DNA from: Spongospora subterranea f. sp. subterranea
Taxonomy: Eukaryota
DNA: 64,000 nucleotides
Direction of reading: 5' to 3'
NCBI GenBank assembly: GCA_049724395.1
Contig: JAUGWO010000102.1
Span: 1 to 64,000, forward strand
Shown here: piece after piece, positions 27,644 through 40,880 of the stretch
Position numbering within the stretch: position 1 is the stretch's first letter
How the letters are laid out: each line of letters begins with the position of its first letter
Made by a program: the position numbers and the translations under genes
Notes under the pieces: generated by a model
The model's database searches: none
What the model saw: the letters and a program-made list of their open reading frames with translations, nothing else
Told to the model about the DNA's origin: nothing

Positions 27644-28766
27644 CTCGGTGTTGAAGAACTACCTGGACAAGATCGTGGAACTGCACCACGCTTTGCGAAT
27701 ACACAATATCGAACTTAGCGAATTAGCGGTTTGTGTAAAAACCTTAGACGGATTATCGGAATCATAGAAACAGATCACGGCGACCGCCAGAGCAGACCAA
27801 AGTGACAACGATTCCCCGGCTGACAAACCTACTACTGTCTATTTAACAAGACAACAACTTATCGACGAGAATGATACGAAACAGCGACGAGAAATCACCA
27901 TTCAGATATAATGTTTGGCGGAACGTTGACCCACGAAGATGACTCAACGGGGCGATGATGAATGTGAGAATTCCTACAGAATTCTGATTGAGTTGAACCG
28001 AGTCTTATAAAGTTTTATTTCTTCCTTTTGATTATTCTCGCTATTCTTATTGCTATATACGACGAACGGCTATACCAGACTGGTCATACGCCTGCATTAC
28101 TTATATGCTCTTCAACTAATGGCGATTACACGTTCGAATGAGATGAACGACGAGGAGCGTCAACAAGATGGGCATGAGGTCTTGGTGACAGAGAGATTGG
28201 AGCAGGAGGCTCGAGGAGGGCAAGAGGCCCTAGACATTTGAGGAGTGAAACCCAGAGCATGAGAGTACAATTGGCCGCTATGAAGAGCCGCATGGTGGAG
28301 CAAATTACCGTTGCTAGTGTAAAGGAGGATTCAGTGAATTCTAGTTGACTGTTAAGGAAGGCAAGGCGATATAAAGTAATGCAGGCCTATGAACAGTCTG
28401 GTATAGCCGTTCGTCGTATATAGCAATACGACTAGCGAGAATAATCAAAAGGAAGAAAGAAAACTTTGTAGACTCGGTTAAACTCAATATCGCCCCCCGT
28501 TGAGTCATCTTCGTGATTTCTCGTCGGCTGTTTCGTATCATTCGTCGATAAGTTGTTGTCTTGTTAAATAGACAGTAGTAGGTTTGTCAGCCGGGGAATC
28601 GTTGTCACTTTGGTCTGCTCTGGCGGTCGCCGTGATCTGTTTCTATGATTCCGATAATCCGTCTAAGGTTTTTACACAAACCGCTAATTCGCTAAGTTCG
28701 ATATTGTATTTTCTCAAATCGTGGTGCAGTTCCACGATCTTGTCCAGGTAGTTCCTCAACACCGAG
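27644..28766. repeat. Long inverted repeat of Copia-derived sequence (arms 27644-28106 and 28369-28766)
   Basis: Arms are near-identical in reverse complement apart from two ~30-bp indels; each holds a gag piece (NYLDKIVELHH...) joined to a purine tract and LTR-like sequence. Confidence 0.9.
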
Positions 28767-29340
28767 TAGGTTTTCTTTTTACTATGAATAAACTGTAGGA
28801 ACAGTTCTGATGTTTTTTGCTTCGGAAGAAGTTTCGTAGATTTCGTTTAATCGATTCCAGATTTTGTCGTGTAGTTGTACATGTTGAAACCTGATTGTAC
28901 TGGGCTTGTGTCAGTCTCAGTCTTATTTGACCTGTTCCCAGTTTATCGTTTCTTATTTCCCAAATTCTGGTTTGTATCGGGTCATGTAGCAGGTACATGG
29001 GCCCATTATTACGAATTGGGTTTCTAGTTTTCGCTTGAATTCTTCCCAGTTCTTTTTATTGACTTCTGGTATGAGTTTTAGTCCTGCATTATATTTTGAT
29101 AGTTCGACTACTTGTTTTAGCCAATGTAAACTTGGTATAGTTTCGTCTTGTGGTTGTCTGGTTTTATACTGGTGCAACAAACGAATAGGAAACTCAAAAA
29201 TGAACAAGTGGCTCATTAGTGTGACTGTCACATAGTGCCAGGCAGGGGCTGCAGAACACTCCCCTTTAAGACCGCACCATTCAACGACAAAATGGATCTT
29301 GGGAACGCGATTGCAAAAACTTTTTCGCATCAGTAGGCAC
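28756..29340 (-). mobile_element. Degenerate Copia gag copy plus the 3' end (PPT and LTR start) of another element
   Basis: LSKYNAGLKLIPEVNKKNWEEFKRKLETQFVIMG is homologous to the gag at 29871-30188; ...FVVEWCGL then AAAGGGGAG and TGTTC at 29267-29254. Confidence 0.75.
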
Positions 29341-29436
29341 ATCTTCAGTCATTGAAATAGACGGTTCCCGTGTAGAATCAGAGGATTCAAATCCTTTCCA
29401 TGAAACGTGAAGTTCCGGCTCGCTGAATCCGGATTC

Positions 29437-30215
29437 TTACCAATGTCGGTTATTTGCTCGACGATGTAAGACCTTATGCCTCTTGGTTCGCTCGGTGTTA
29501 AGCGAGGTGGTATCTTTCAACGTCTTTGATTCGAGGTCTGTTGTCAGGAGTAAATTCGTTAGTCTTGCGATCGAGTTTACTTGAGATGCTCTGGCGGCTG
29601 CCTTGATTTGTTGGTATTGATCTGGCAATCCATCAAGGGCCTTGACGCATAGGGCTGTTCGCCAATGTCGATGTTGTGTACTCTCAAGTCATGGTTTTTC
29701 ACCATTTTGTCCAGGTACCCTTTCATAGTCTGATTCGGTTGCTTCTGGTGGTGTATAAACTGGAGAAATAAGCTCGGTGTCTTGGCTTCCGCTGTTTGCG
29801 CGTAGACTTCGTGTAGCGTTGTCCAAATTTCATGTGTTGTCGTACATCTCGAGATCTGTTTGAACTGAGATTACGACAGTCTAATGCTCATTTGAGCAAA
29901 TGCGAGCTGGTCGTTGCGTTGCTCGATCGTGTTGCCTCGGGTTGGCGGGTAGTGTAAGAATGAGTCGATGCCCATTATTATGAACTGGGTCTCGGTCTTG
30001 CGACGGAATTCATCCCAGTTCTTTCCGGTGAATTCCGGGATCAGTTTCAGTCCCGAGTTGTGTTTCGAGAGATTGACTTCTTCTTTTAACCGGTGGTGGT
30101 CAGAGTTCTGTTGTTGTTGTTGGTTTGGCGAGTCATTTGTCTCGGTGTCCTGTTCGTTGTTGTTGGTTGCTCTTCTTCCCCTCGCCATAGTTCCGAGTCG
30201 GTGGGACTCTTACTC
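29437..30215 (-). mobile_element. Degenerate Ty1/Copia gag with putative half-tRNA PBS
   Basis: MARGRR...LIPEFTGKNWDEFRRKTETQF, then THEIWTTLHEVYAQ, MKGYLDKM and LPDQYQQIK, with an internal stop and frameshift; tRNA-Lys-like stretch at 30202-30215. Confidence 0.8.
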
Positions 30216-30347
30216 TAACGACAGGTGCACCGTTATTACCCCATTGGTAGGGTCGAGTACAGAATCATAAATGATCTATGATCGACTAATCGCCGGTATC
30301 AACAACGCTTTTATCAACAACGCTTCCAGTCTGACAATCAAGTCAAT

Positions 30348-30419
30348 GGCTTAGTGGTCTAGTGGCATGATTTCCTGTTAGGGTCGGGAAGGTCCCGGTT
30401 TCGATTACCGGCTGAGCCC
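30348..30419 (+). tRNA. tRNA-Pro (AGG)
   Basis: Acceptor GGCTTAG/CTGAGCC, D arm TGGTCTAGTGGCATGATT, anticodon loop TTAGGGT, T arm CCGGT-TTCGATT-ACCGG; oligo-T terminator immediately downstream. Confidence 0.9.
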
Positions 30420-30785
30420 GTTGTTTTTTTATCCTTGTTTAATTGGCATTGAGTTTTATACCTACCTTCAAGCGAGGGAACTGGTGTATCAAAGAGTTCG
30501 CCAAGCGTTGAATAACATCAACTGATGATGACTACAGGTTTGCTGATGTCCTGATTTAACTCCAGGATGTGTCCGGTCATAACGCGGCGTGATCTGAACC
30601 GGATTGGATGGGACTGGTCTGATGCGGGTACGGTGAGTATCGATTGGTTGACAACGGAGATCCCTCCCCCTCCCCCCGTTCATGTCATGGTGCGTCCCCA
30701 TGAGTGGCTGTGAATCATTCTTATCAGACCACTATTCACGCGATTAATCACGATCCAATTTAACCATTTCGTACCTGTATTATCA

Positions 30786-31233
30786 ATGGACGATATTCTG
30801 GATATCGCCGTCTATAATCTTTTTCAATCAGTTCGATCTGGACTTTATCCTGTCCATGAATTCGAATCTATATTTGGCATTCAGGTAAGACACACCCTTG
30901 ACTCTGTCTAGCAATGGTTAAGATGTGTCAAAGATGCCCACGCCATTGCCGTATCTTTCCAAACCGATTCGTCTGCCCATCGGTCAACTGGTTTTCGAAT
31001 GCTGGAGAACGCTGTATTTTGTCGGAGCCTTGGATGCGGTCGTAATCAAGCGTGCCATACAAGAGAATCGCCTACCTGCCTGGTTTGAGGAAAACGTCAA
31101 AGCTGTTCCAAGTGAGGACCGCTCTGTGTTTGTCGCACAGATGCTGCAACGAGAGTTCAACGAGATTCGATGGGATGTTGACGCGCTCGCTCGGATGGCG
31201 CAACCGTCACCCATTCGACTTCAGCTCAACTGA
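30786..31233 (+). CDS. Small hypothetical two-exon protein
   Basis: ATG exon ending CAG/gtaaga at ~30884, then coding-like ORF 30925-31233. Confidence 0.45.
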
Positions 31234-31826
31234 GTTCAACACTTGCAGTAGCTGGGTTGGAGAAGCAATCGCTGTCGGTCGATGTCAATCATGTTCAGTT
31301 GGTCAAGCACGAAACGGCGACTTATTGGTAAGGAGCTAAGAATTCAATTTCAACGGACTGAGGCGAGCGCCTTCTGAACATTCCTTCGGTTACTTCTCTG
31401 TAATATTCAAGTTTGCGCTAAACTGCTGGTTTATGCTCGATCTTGAAATCGCGGACCGATCGACGCAAATAACATCTGTCTTTTTTTCTACGACCAAGTT
31501 GTTTTGTGCAACAATTTACTAAAAAGTGTATAAAAATCTGCAGTCGATGTCCTTCCTTGACGTGATTGAACAAGAGTTGTACAGTAGAGCGCAGTTAATG
31601 TAGGTACTGTACATAGGTAGGTACAGTAGCCGTAACGCTGGACACGTTGCGCAAGTCAAATAGATGGACTGCGGTGGATAGACCCTGATTAACCATATTA
31701 GTTATTTAGTCATTCGTGATATTCACCATACAAGTTGTCAGAAAGTCAAACAGCCGTTCGGGGCCAACTGACCCGTCTGGCTTTACTTCAATGGCACACT
31801 TTCCACTACTGTCACAAGGCGCAATC

Positions 31827-34800
31827 ATGACTTTGTTCAACTATGGCACGTTCAATGACGCGATCCTTCAGGTTTGCGTCATTACTCGCTCGAAAATGTG
31901 GTTTGTTAACAATATGCAGGTGTTGGATATCAAGAGGATAGGCGCTCAAACTGATCGCTATCGTTTGGTTCTTAGCGATGGTCAACATTATATACAAGGA
32001 ATGTTGGCCACACAAATTGCCCATCATGTCACTGACAATAACATTAATGTTTACGACACAATTAAGGTTATTTGGCCTGCTTTCTCGATGCATTTTCTCT
32101 GATAATTCACAGCTTAAGAAATCGATGGTGAACGATGTTAATGGACGTCGGGTCGTAATTCTCTTAGACATAGAGGTTCAAGCTTTTACTGGTGGCACAC
32201 CGCAACAGATTGGAACCCCATCAAATTGCGATCCCGGTACAGGAGGCCATATGGAGGCTCCCACGTCGGCATCTGATCCTGTAGGGTTTTTAAATTATTT
32301 GTTTTGCCAGTTTCCCAGGCAATCCACGACTGCGGGAATCATTGCCATCAGCTTTTGTTTTCGAATCTAGTAATGTTGTTTAGATCATTAATTTTCCATG
32401 TTTAACTGTTGTCAATATTCGCTCACACTGATTTATCTTAGTATGGCAAAGGAGGTATGCCACCAGGTGCCGCAGGAGGATCGTTCCCTTCCACCCATGC
32501 ACCAAATGTTTATGCCTCATCGGCTTACCCATCTGCTCCGCCGCCTTCTGCTGCCAATCAATATGCTGCACCGCCGCCTTCTGCTGCCAATCAATATGCT
32601 GCACCGCCACCTTCCTCGGCGCATCCTTATGCCTCATCGGCTTATCCATCTGGCCCGCAGCCTTCCGCCGCCAATCCTTATGCTGCACCTCCACCTTCCG
32701 CTGCAAATCCTTATTCCGCACCGCCGATGACTGGAAATGCAGGTGCCTACCAACCTTACAGTAATGTCGGATCTGCACGACCATATGGTGGAACCGCGTC
32801 GTATGCTGACACCAAACCCTTTATCGGCGGTCAGCAACAACAACAACCCGCTTATTCGGTATGTTCTTCCTGGTTTTGCAGTCGGCTCGTGATCGTTTAT
32901 ATTGCTTAGCAATCTTGACTTTTTTAATGTGTTTTAACGAAAAATTTGTATTCCGGTTTCATGGAAAAACTTTTTTCTTTGAATTCGATAATCATCCTAA
33001 CACCTATGTCGTGTGAAATTCAACGGAATATGAGTTTCGATCTGTCTTATGAATCCTGTTGCAATTGCTGAATTTTTCAGTCTGCTTATGAATTAGAATC
33101 CAAATTCCTTTTTAGGCATATGGTAGCCGTAATGGACCTGTGACACCTACAAGAACCATGCGCGCAAACACCGTCAATATATCTGATTTAAACCCGTATA
33201 TGACAAAGTCGGTCAACGTTTTGTGCTGTTCGAGTTACCATTGAACTGTGTCGTCACGTTGCAGTTGGCAAATCAAGGCTCGAGTTACTTCAAAAGGCGA
33301 AATGAAGAAATGGTCCAATGCCAAAGGTGTCGTTGCTTTAGAGCAACTCTTGCTTCAGAATGGAGTTCATCTTGGTTTAGGAGAGGGGAACCTCTTTAGT
33401 TTTGACGTTCTTGATGCTGCCGGTGGGGAAATTCGTATCACGGCTTTCAAACAAGATGCAGATCGGTTTTTCCAGCTAATCCAGGTTCAGCCATAACATT
33501 TGTCAATTTGATTATTTTTGAAGTGGGCGCTGTCAGATCGGTCAAATCTATATTATTTCTTGCGGTCAACTGAAGGTTGCTAATCGGTCATTCTCGCACC
33601 TCAAGCATGAATACGAGATCACCTTGGGCCGCGAATCCAATGTTGAAATGGTTAACGCCGAGGTAATTGGTCAATCAACTGTTTCTTATTGTTATATTTA
33701 TCTGAACCGTCTGACCTCGCAGGATAATAGCATTTCGCAAATGCATTTTGATTTTGTTACAATCGCTTCCATTGAGCGTCAGCAGCCAAACGCTTATGTT
33801 GATGTAATCGGAGTCGTAACGGAAATAACCCCTTTGAGGTAAGGAAGTTGATGTTTTCATGGTTGGGACTTTTGTGTTTTGAGTGTCTGATTATGGCTGA
33901 CTGAATGTTTCGCAGCTCAATTTGTATCAAAATCCTCGGGCCGTGATGTTACGAAGCGAAATATTACAATTATCGATGACTCAAATGCATCTATTGAGGT
34001 GACAATTTGGGGATCTAACGCGAATGAGTATGATGAAAACCGTCTCGGTAAGATTCAGATTTTTGATTATTCTGTTGGCGCATCGAACCGTCGGGCACAT
34101 TTCAGGTGGCAACGCGATCATCGCAATCAAAGGGGCCCGCGTTTCAGAATACAACGGTCGAACGCTATCCACCGTAAATTCATCGACGCTCGTGGTTCGG
34201 CCCGACATCCGACGAGCACACGAACTGCAGCGCTGGTTTGATGTAAACGACCGGACAATTGCATCAGGTGCCATCCAACCTATGAGCAAACGAGGCGGTG
34301 CCGCATCTATTGGTGGGATTCCTTACAAGGTGCGACTAGTTATCATTGTTTTCTGGTGTCCGTTTTGTCGAACCGTTTCAAAATGGTTCAAAATGTGTCT
34401 AAACGTTGGCATAGACATGCTCTGAAATCTCTTTGGATGGAGCCAACGCAGAGGATCAATCGTTTTTCTTGATTACTGCCACGATCAATGTTCTTCAGTT
34501 CAATAACGAGCGCCCGCCTTGGTATTTGTCATGTCCAGCTCCTGACTGCAAAAAAAAGGTTATCTGATCCCTATGCCCTCATATTGTTATTCACACTTTT
34601 GAGCTTGTGTTTTCATATCACTGAGCGGAATGGTATACACCTGTTGATGTTTGGTTTCTTCATCACATTCTGCATCACGTGCCCCAGCCTCATTATTGCA
34701 ATGCTTATAGGTAACGGAGAACGGAACTGGTGGATTTCAATGCGAAAAATGCAACAAGTCCTTCCCGACGTGCATTCCTCGTTATATATTTTCATTCGCT

Positions 34801-35500
34801 GTGTCTGATGCCACTGGTTCAACCTGGCTTTCTGTTTTCCACGAGGTAATCATCTTCATATTTTTTTATTATCAATCCCGGCGTGGTTATGGTCTTCATC
34901 GATGTTACGTTTACTTGTATTTATATTTATTAGCCTAATCAATGGGGGATGTTTGCGCTGTTGGTGGTGACGTGTACTTTGTTCTTATCAGACCGGCATG
35001 GAAATTCTTGGAAATCGTCCTGCAGAAGATTTACGTGCCGCCGTCGATTGCGGAGATATGTCTACTGCCGAATCCGTTTTTCGTGACGCAAATTTTACCG
35101 AACACACCTTCAAAGTTCGAGCCAAATGTAAGATTCTTAGTCCGTTCATTTTCGATAAGTACATTCCATTTTTGTCATCGTTTCAGTTGAGCAGCTTCTT
35201 GTTACTTTGTTATTCTTTTTTCTTCATATTGTATTTTGCATCTTCAGATTCAAACAGATGTCACTAATGTTTCCAGTACTATAATCAGGTCCGCATTCTT
35301 TGGATTGTTGCGAATATTTATTTTCTGTTTTTTTTTTCATTACGACAAACGAGCTGCTGCTGATAACTTTTGGTTTTGTTTTTCATGTAGTTGATACATA
35401 TAACGACTCGTCTAAGCTACGCTGCACGGTCCTGAATATGTTGCCCATTGACCATGCCGCCGAGTGTCAGAGGCTTTGCCAACTTATCTCGTCATATTGA
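31827..35500 (+). CDS. RPA1: Replication protein A 70 kDa subunit
   Basis: DRYRLVLSDG, Pro/Ala-rich linker, ISDLNPY, WQIKARVTSKG, GEGNLFSFDVLD...EIRITAF, VDVIGVV, GARVSEYNGRTLS, zinc ribbon (CPAPDCKKK...CEKC), FKVRAK. Confidence 0.95.
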
Positions 35501-35847
35501 TTTCATCCCAGCTCTTTATTGTAAATCGACTCTTGTTTGTCAGTGTCTGCATGCACATATCGTTCCATCCCTCGCCATGTTTTAGTGAACCCCTTTGTTC
35601 ATTGCTGAGAGTTGTTAATGCGTTTTGCGCCCCATCATTCAACGATCTTGAGGGCCATATTAATAACTCTCGGTCGCATTTGAATCCCATTCGTGACACC
35701 ATTCTATGATCAGCTTGATTCGCCTTGATTGATATGTTTTCGTCGGGAGTGGGGGTCGATATAGTCAAGTACGGATTGGCGATCTTGGGGCCCCTTGGCT
35801 CACAAACAGCCCGACATTGGGGTGGAACTGGCGTATCTCCTAGAGCA

Positions 35848-38359
35848 ATGGCCAACGGCAACAAGTTGAATGGGGAGGAAATTCCACAGGCTGCAACGGG
35901 TTTAGCTGAGGACGACACATCCATATATGATGAAATATCGTCGACATTTATCGACGAGATATTCCATGCCCGTTGTCAGGATCTGTCTGTTATGGCATCA
36001 CCAGACGCCTTTCGTCGATTTGCATCCGTTCTGAAGCGGAAAGTGACATCGACCACATTCGACCTGGCCCAAAATGGTATCGGTATCGGATCAGCCGCCT
36101 GTATAGGGAAATGGCTTGCCGCTGATGACCTGTTTATTCGGCTAAACCTGGCAAGGAACGCCATTGGTAATATCGGTGTTAAACATATCGCTGACCTGAT
36201 TCGAGTCAATCCCTTCCTCATCTCCCTCGATCTTCGGTCTAACGATATCACGGCCAGCGGGTTCGCTGCTCTGTCCGCCGCCCTTTGCGTCAACCAGTCG
36301 ATAACGCATCTGGATCTGTCGTCAGATCTGGGGTTTAACAAGAACACCCTTGGTGAACGAGGGGCGGCCGCATTGGCTTCAGCATTGGCGTCGACAACCT
36401 GTCGAATAACGGCACTGCATCTGGGCAATGTTGGGGCATCTGGTCTGGCAATATTATCTGAACGGGGATTATCCCAGAATACCACCATTGAGCTACTCGA
36501 TTTGCGCCTGAATCATATCGGGGATGACGCCATAACCGCTATCGTGTCCCCATTGCCATCCCGACCAACACTCATCACCGTTAATCTCTCCAGGAATCAG
36601 TTGACCGATATGGCCACACCGGCCGTACTCGCTCTGCTGCGTTCGCCAACTCTGCGAACCCTGGACCTGAGCTATAACGGATTCGGGCGCGTTTTCGCGA
36701 CCGCCTTTCGGACAGCGCTGGAGAGCAACGACATCCATTTGGAGACGATCAATATCGATGGGAATACCCGTTTAGGATTGCAGAAAGGTCATGTTCCAAT
36801 AATAGAGGGGTTATTGACCAATCGGTCAGTGCAACACCTGTTCATGTCGCGATGTTCGGTCAAGGATAGCGCCATGTTGGCACAGCTATTGCGCCAGAAC
36901 TCAACCCTGCAGCGGCTGGGCTTGGCCATGAACTCGTTCGACGACGGCGATGGTATCGGTTTGGTCGGGGCCTTGAGCCAGAACACGACCCTGATCTCAC
37001 TGGATCTGAACGATAATTCCCTGGGCGATGGGACCGGTGCCGCTTTAGCCACCGCCCTTAGCACCAACACCACACTGCAGGAACTCCATCTTAAGGACAA
37101 CGACCTCACCGATATCACCGCCACTAAACTCCTTATCGCCATCCGCGAATCCGGTTCGACACTCTCCAAGCTCAGTCTTCAATTGAATGGGATCTCGATG
37201 CGGATCTGGTTGGAATTGGAGCACGTGCTCCGCGATAATCGCGCCCATCTCAGGACAAACCAGATCGCGGCGTTCCATGATGAGGTTATGGCATTGCAGA
37301 TCAAAGAGCGGGATTTGCGCCAGAAGATCGCCGATCTGGACGGGGAATTGCAAAGGCGGACACCTGAGGCGATTCGGGAAGAGGTTAGAACGGCGTTAGA
37401 GACATTACAGGATTATAAAGATGGGGAAGAAAGGGAAACGGAGGAGCTGAAGGAACAAATTGAGGCGCGATCTCGCGTATGTCGGGAACAGATTCGCCAA
37501 TATCAGGCGAAATGCGATGCGGTTGAGAGCGAATATCGACAGACATATAGGGCATTCGTCACCGATTCCCATAAACTTGATCTCAAGGTCGGCAGTGAAC
37601 AACGCAAGAAGGGCACCACATTCCGAGCTCTCAGGAAACTTCAGAAACAATTTCACGAACAAGGTCGACTACCACAATGTTCTCCACCGTTTTTGTTCGC
37701 AATTGTCGTTTTCCGATGCAATATCGTTTAGAATTGATTCTGAACGACGATTGTCGACAATCTTCTAGATTCGGTTGTTGATATGGCCTCGTTTCCTTAA
37801 GAAGGTTTTGGAACAGATCTAGCCAATATTTCTGACTGTGTTTTGGTGTTGATTAGGCGAGATCGCCCGTGATCGAACCCTGCTACAGAATGCATTAACC
37901 CGTCAACTGGCCGATGAGAAAGAGGCGGCTCGCTGGGTTCAGGAAGCGACATCAAAATGGTCGGCACGGATCGATAAACTCACAAGTCAAGTCACCGATG
38001 AGTATTTGAAAGGGATCCAGACATATCTGGAGACCTTAGTCCCCGCTCCCGTTAAGACAACTCGCGTTAAACAGCGTTGGGATCGCGTCAAGGAGAAACG
38101 TCAGCAGCTATTACTCGAGTTCAACGCCGATGCGTTCCTGCGTTGGTTCCTGGATCCGTTGCGTCCAATGCCGAACCGAAAGGAAGCATGGCGCCATCAC
38201 AATCATCAGAATAATGACCCGAATGCTGGATATTCATTACACGCCAAGGTAAAACACCACCAACAGAAGCGCCACGAACGAGTCGTTTCCGATCAGTTCG
38301 ATTTGATTCTTTCAATCGTTCCGCTGATCCAATTGGGAACTCACAATCGATTAAACTAA
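35848..38359 (+). CDS. RNI-like leucine-rich-repeat protein with C-terminal coiled coil
   Basis: Repeated LxxLxLxxNxIG/LG motifs over ~450 aa, then heptad-rich region. 3' end uncertain; could splice to the next ORF. Confidence 0.85.
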
Positions 38360-38385
38360 TTGTTCAGGTGGTGACCTCTCCATCC

Positions 38386-39490
38386 ATGATCGACAACGGC
38401 AACGCCAAACTGATCCATTCGTCCCATTCCGTATACTCCATGTCGCTGCATGGAATGGGCCAGCTGAGTACGGTCCTAATCGCATTGGCCGATCCGGCAT
38501 TGGCGCTCGAGTTTCGCACCTTCCGCAGCGACGTTGCCCATGTTGTGATCCGATCGCCTGGTCATGTCAAGATGGATGAGTTTAAAAAGATGATCGCCGA
38601 GAAGATCGGCGTTGATGAGGTAAATCCGCCCACAGATATCCTTGTCGTCATGACAATTGCTTGGTTTATTGGCTTCTTGTTGAAAAGCTTCTGGTGCCAA
38701 TTAATTTCGCTCAACAACACGACGGTCTGATGTTTATTGTCGATATTTGGCCCGTCAACCTGTGCACAATCGTAAACGAATGTGTCGCCCCAATGTTTAT
38801 ATTCCCACAAAACTCAAAAGAAGTGACCAGATTTCCGAACAACCCACAACAACACCAGTTAGCACAATATATATTGTCGTCGATGACACGGCCCATGGTT
38901 TATGGAATGATGAGATGATGGGCCAACACACCCACTTGATTATGGTGTAGTTAATGGAATAATGTGTTGGTTTATAGGAAGATATCACAGCCCTATACCA
39001 TACCGTCAGCACCAGCGTTAGAGTCGTCCCTCGACACCCTCGTCATCGCCCTCGACCAATCACAGCCCAGGGTGCACCTGCCGATCAGACCTCTTCTAGT
39101 ACCGACCACACCGATATATCGTCTGAAGAAGACGCTCAGTACTCTGAGAATGAATCTCCCGACGCCGTTTCCAACGCAGAGGAAGCGCCTTCCGGTCCTG
39201 TTCCTAGAAGGAGAAAACGGAAAAAACTAAAGAAATGGGTGGAGAAATCAGTGAAACCGTTAGTCGTTTGTGGGTAAACGATGGGGATATTGATCTAAAA
39301 TGGGATTAGAACGGCGAAGAAAGCGGTGGAGAAATCAGCGGCGAGCTCAGCGCTGAGGGAGGTTCAGGAATTGTTCCCTGAGCCGGAATCCGATTCCGAA
39401 CCAGGCGGTGCCGACGATGATAGTGATGATGGTATCCCTATAAGAGATGATGGTGATACCCGACCAGCGCCATTACCTAGCCAGCGTTAG
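38386..39490 (+). CDS. Hypothetical protein with basic NLS-like and acidic C-terminal regions
   Basis: GT-AG-separated exons; RRRKRKKLKK and ESDSEPGGADDDSDD. Confidence 0.5.
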
Positions 39491-39562
39491 TGCTCCCAAT
39501 GATCACCATCATCATCCTGCTGTTGATATGTTAAGTGATGATGATCAGACGATAGAGAGAAG

Positions 39563-40802
39563 ATGGAGAGAAGGAAGTCTGATTCATCAGCGATAGTAGT
39601 GAGGGTGAGACAACGGGTCGATCATGATGATCCGGTGGCCATTGGTAAACCTCGCCGCTCTAGCGTCCCTCATGTATTACTACAAGGAACCGATCGCCGC
39701 CGACACACCGATCTCATGTCCTGGAGCTATCATCACACACCCAATATTGATCGCCATCCTATTGACCATCCCCCTTTCAAAACATCAATTACCGCCGTGG
39801 TCCCCATCACCGATTTTGCCCAACAAATCGACCCCGAATCCCGTTTGAGAGCCGAGTTGATGTCTACCGAATCGGCATTGGGTCCTATGCATCCGGCTGT
39901 CTCAACAACATTATCGTTCATGGGGCAGTATTACACACAAAACAGACTTTATGATGAAGCGGAGGCGGCATATCATACGAGCATTGCAGATCAGGGAGAA
40001 GGCATTCGGTAGGCGGCATCCACATGTGGCGACAATACTTCATAGCCTGGCCATGATGTACGCCGAACAGCCAGATAGATTGGCTATGGCCGAGGCGTTC
40101 CTAGTCAGGGCGATCGCCGTCAGGGAGAAGACATTGGGAAGGCAGAACCCAATTGTGGCCGATAGTCTCACGAGTTTGGGGCGATTGTATGAACGGCTCG
40201 GGCAACAGATGGACAAGGCAGAACCCTTATTCACCAGGTCCTTGATGATCCGTGAGCGAATTTACGGGAAGCGCCACGCGTTGGTGATCGAATCGCTACA
40301 GGATCTAGCCAGGGTATATGCCTATAGGAAACAGTTAGACCCTCCACCACCCGTGTCTACAGATATGGCGCCATCCCAGGCCAATCAATCTCATCATCGT
40401 CTGTCTAGGACTTCGACCACACCCACAATCAATGTTGCCATTGTCAACGACCCCAACCCAGCGTACAAGCTCGATGACGATGGCGACACAGGTGAAGGGC
40501 AATTCCGGAATAAGCTCAAGCCGAGCTTTCGTCCGGTGGCCATGCGAAACGAGATGGGTATAGACAGAAAACCGCTTGAAGTTGGATCAGTGGCATTCTC
40601 CGCCAACACTGAAGATCTCGACTTTTCCGACGCCGTTCAATCGGTGACGTCGCCATGGATAACACGACGGCGCCTTCTTAATGTGAAGCCATGGAGCAAG
40701 CTGGTGTCAGGGCAAGGGAAGGAATTCTCATTACCGCGAGTACAGATCAACGGAGGTGGCCCGCTGTCGTTATCGCTCAATTCCATCAATTTCGCAAGAT
40801 GA
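39563..40802 (+). pseudogene. Kinesin-light-chain/NPHP3-like TPR protein with a +1 frameshift
   Basis: LGPMHPAVSTTL...YDEAEAAYH, then in another frame RALQIREKAFGRRHPHVATILHSLA; one extra base at ~39977. Confidence 0.7.
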
Positions 40803-40880
40803 TTGTTATAAAGCAAGATTTCGCCCTTAATCGAACTCCAGCAAGCGTTCAAAATATATCTGACACATAATTATATAGTA

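Noticed and set aside
14515..30419. tRNA-modification cluster (WDR6, ELP3, tRNA-Pro)
   Set aside because: Unrelated genes intervene and ELP3 acts on U34, not AGG tRNA; probably chance proximity.
32505..32730. Tandem repeats in RPA1
   Set aside because: Ordinary Pro/Ala-rich coding linker (PSAANQYAAPPP) between OB folds.
35976..37662. Several minus-strand ORFs over the LRR gene
   Set aside because: Antisense shadows of a long coding exon.
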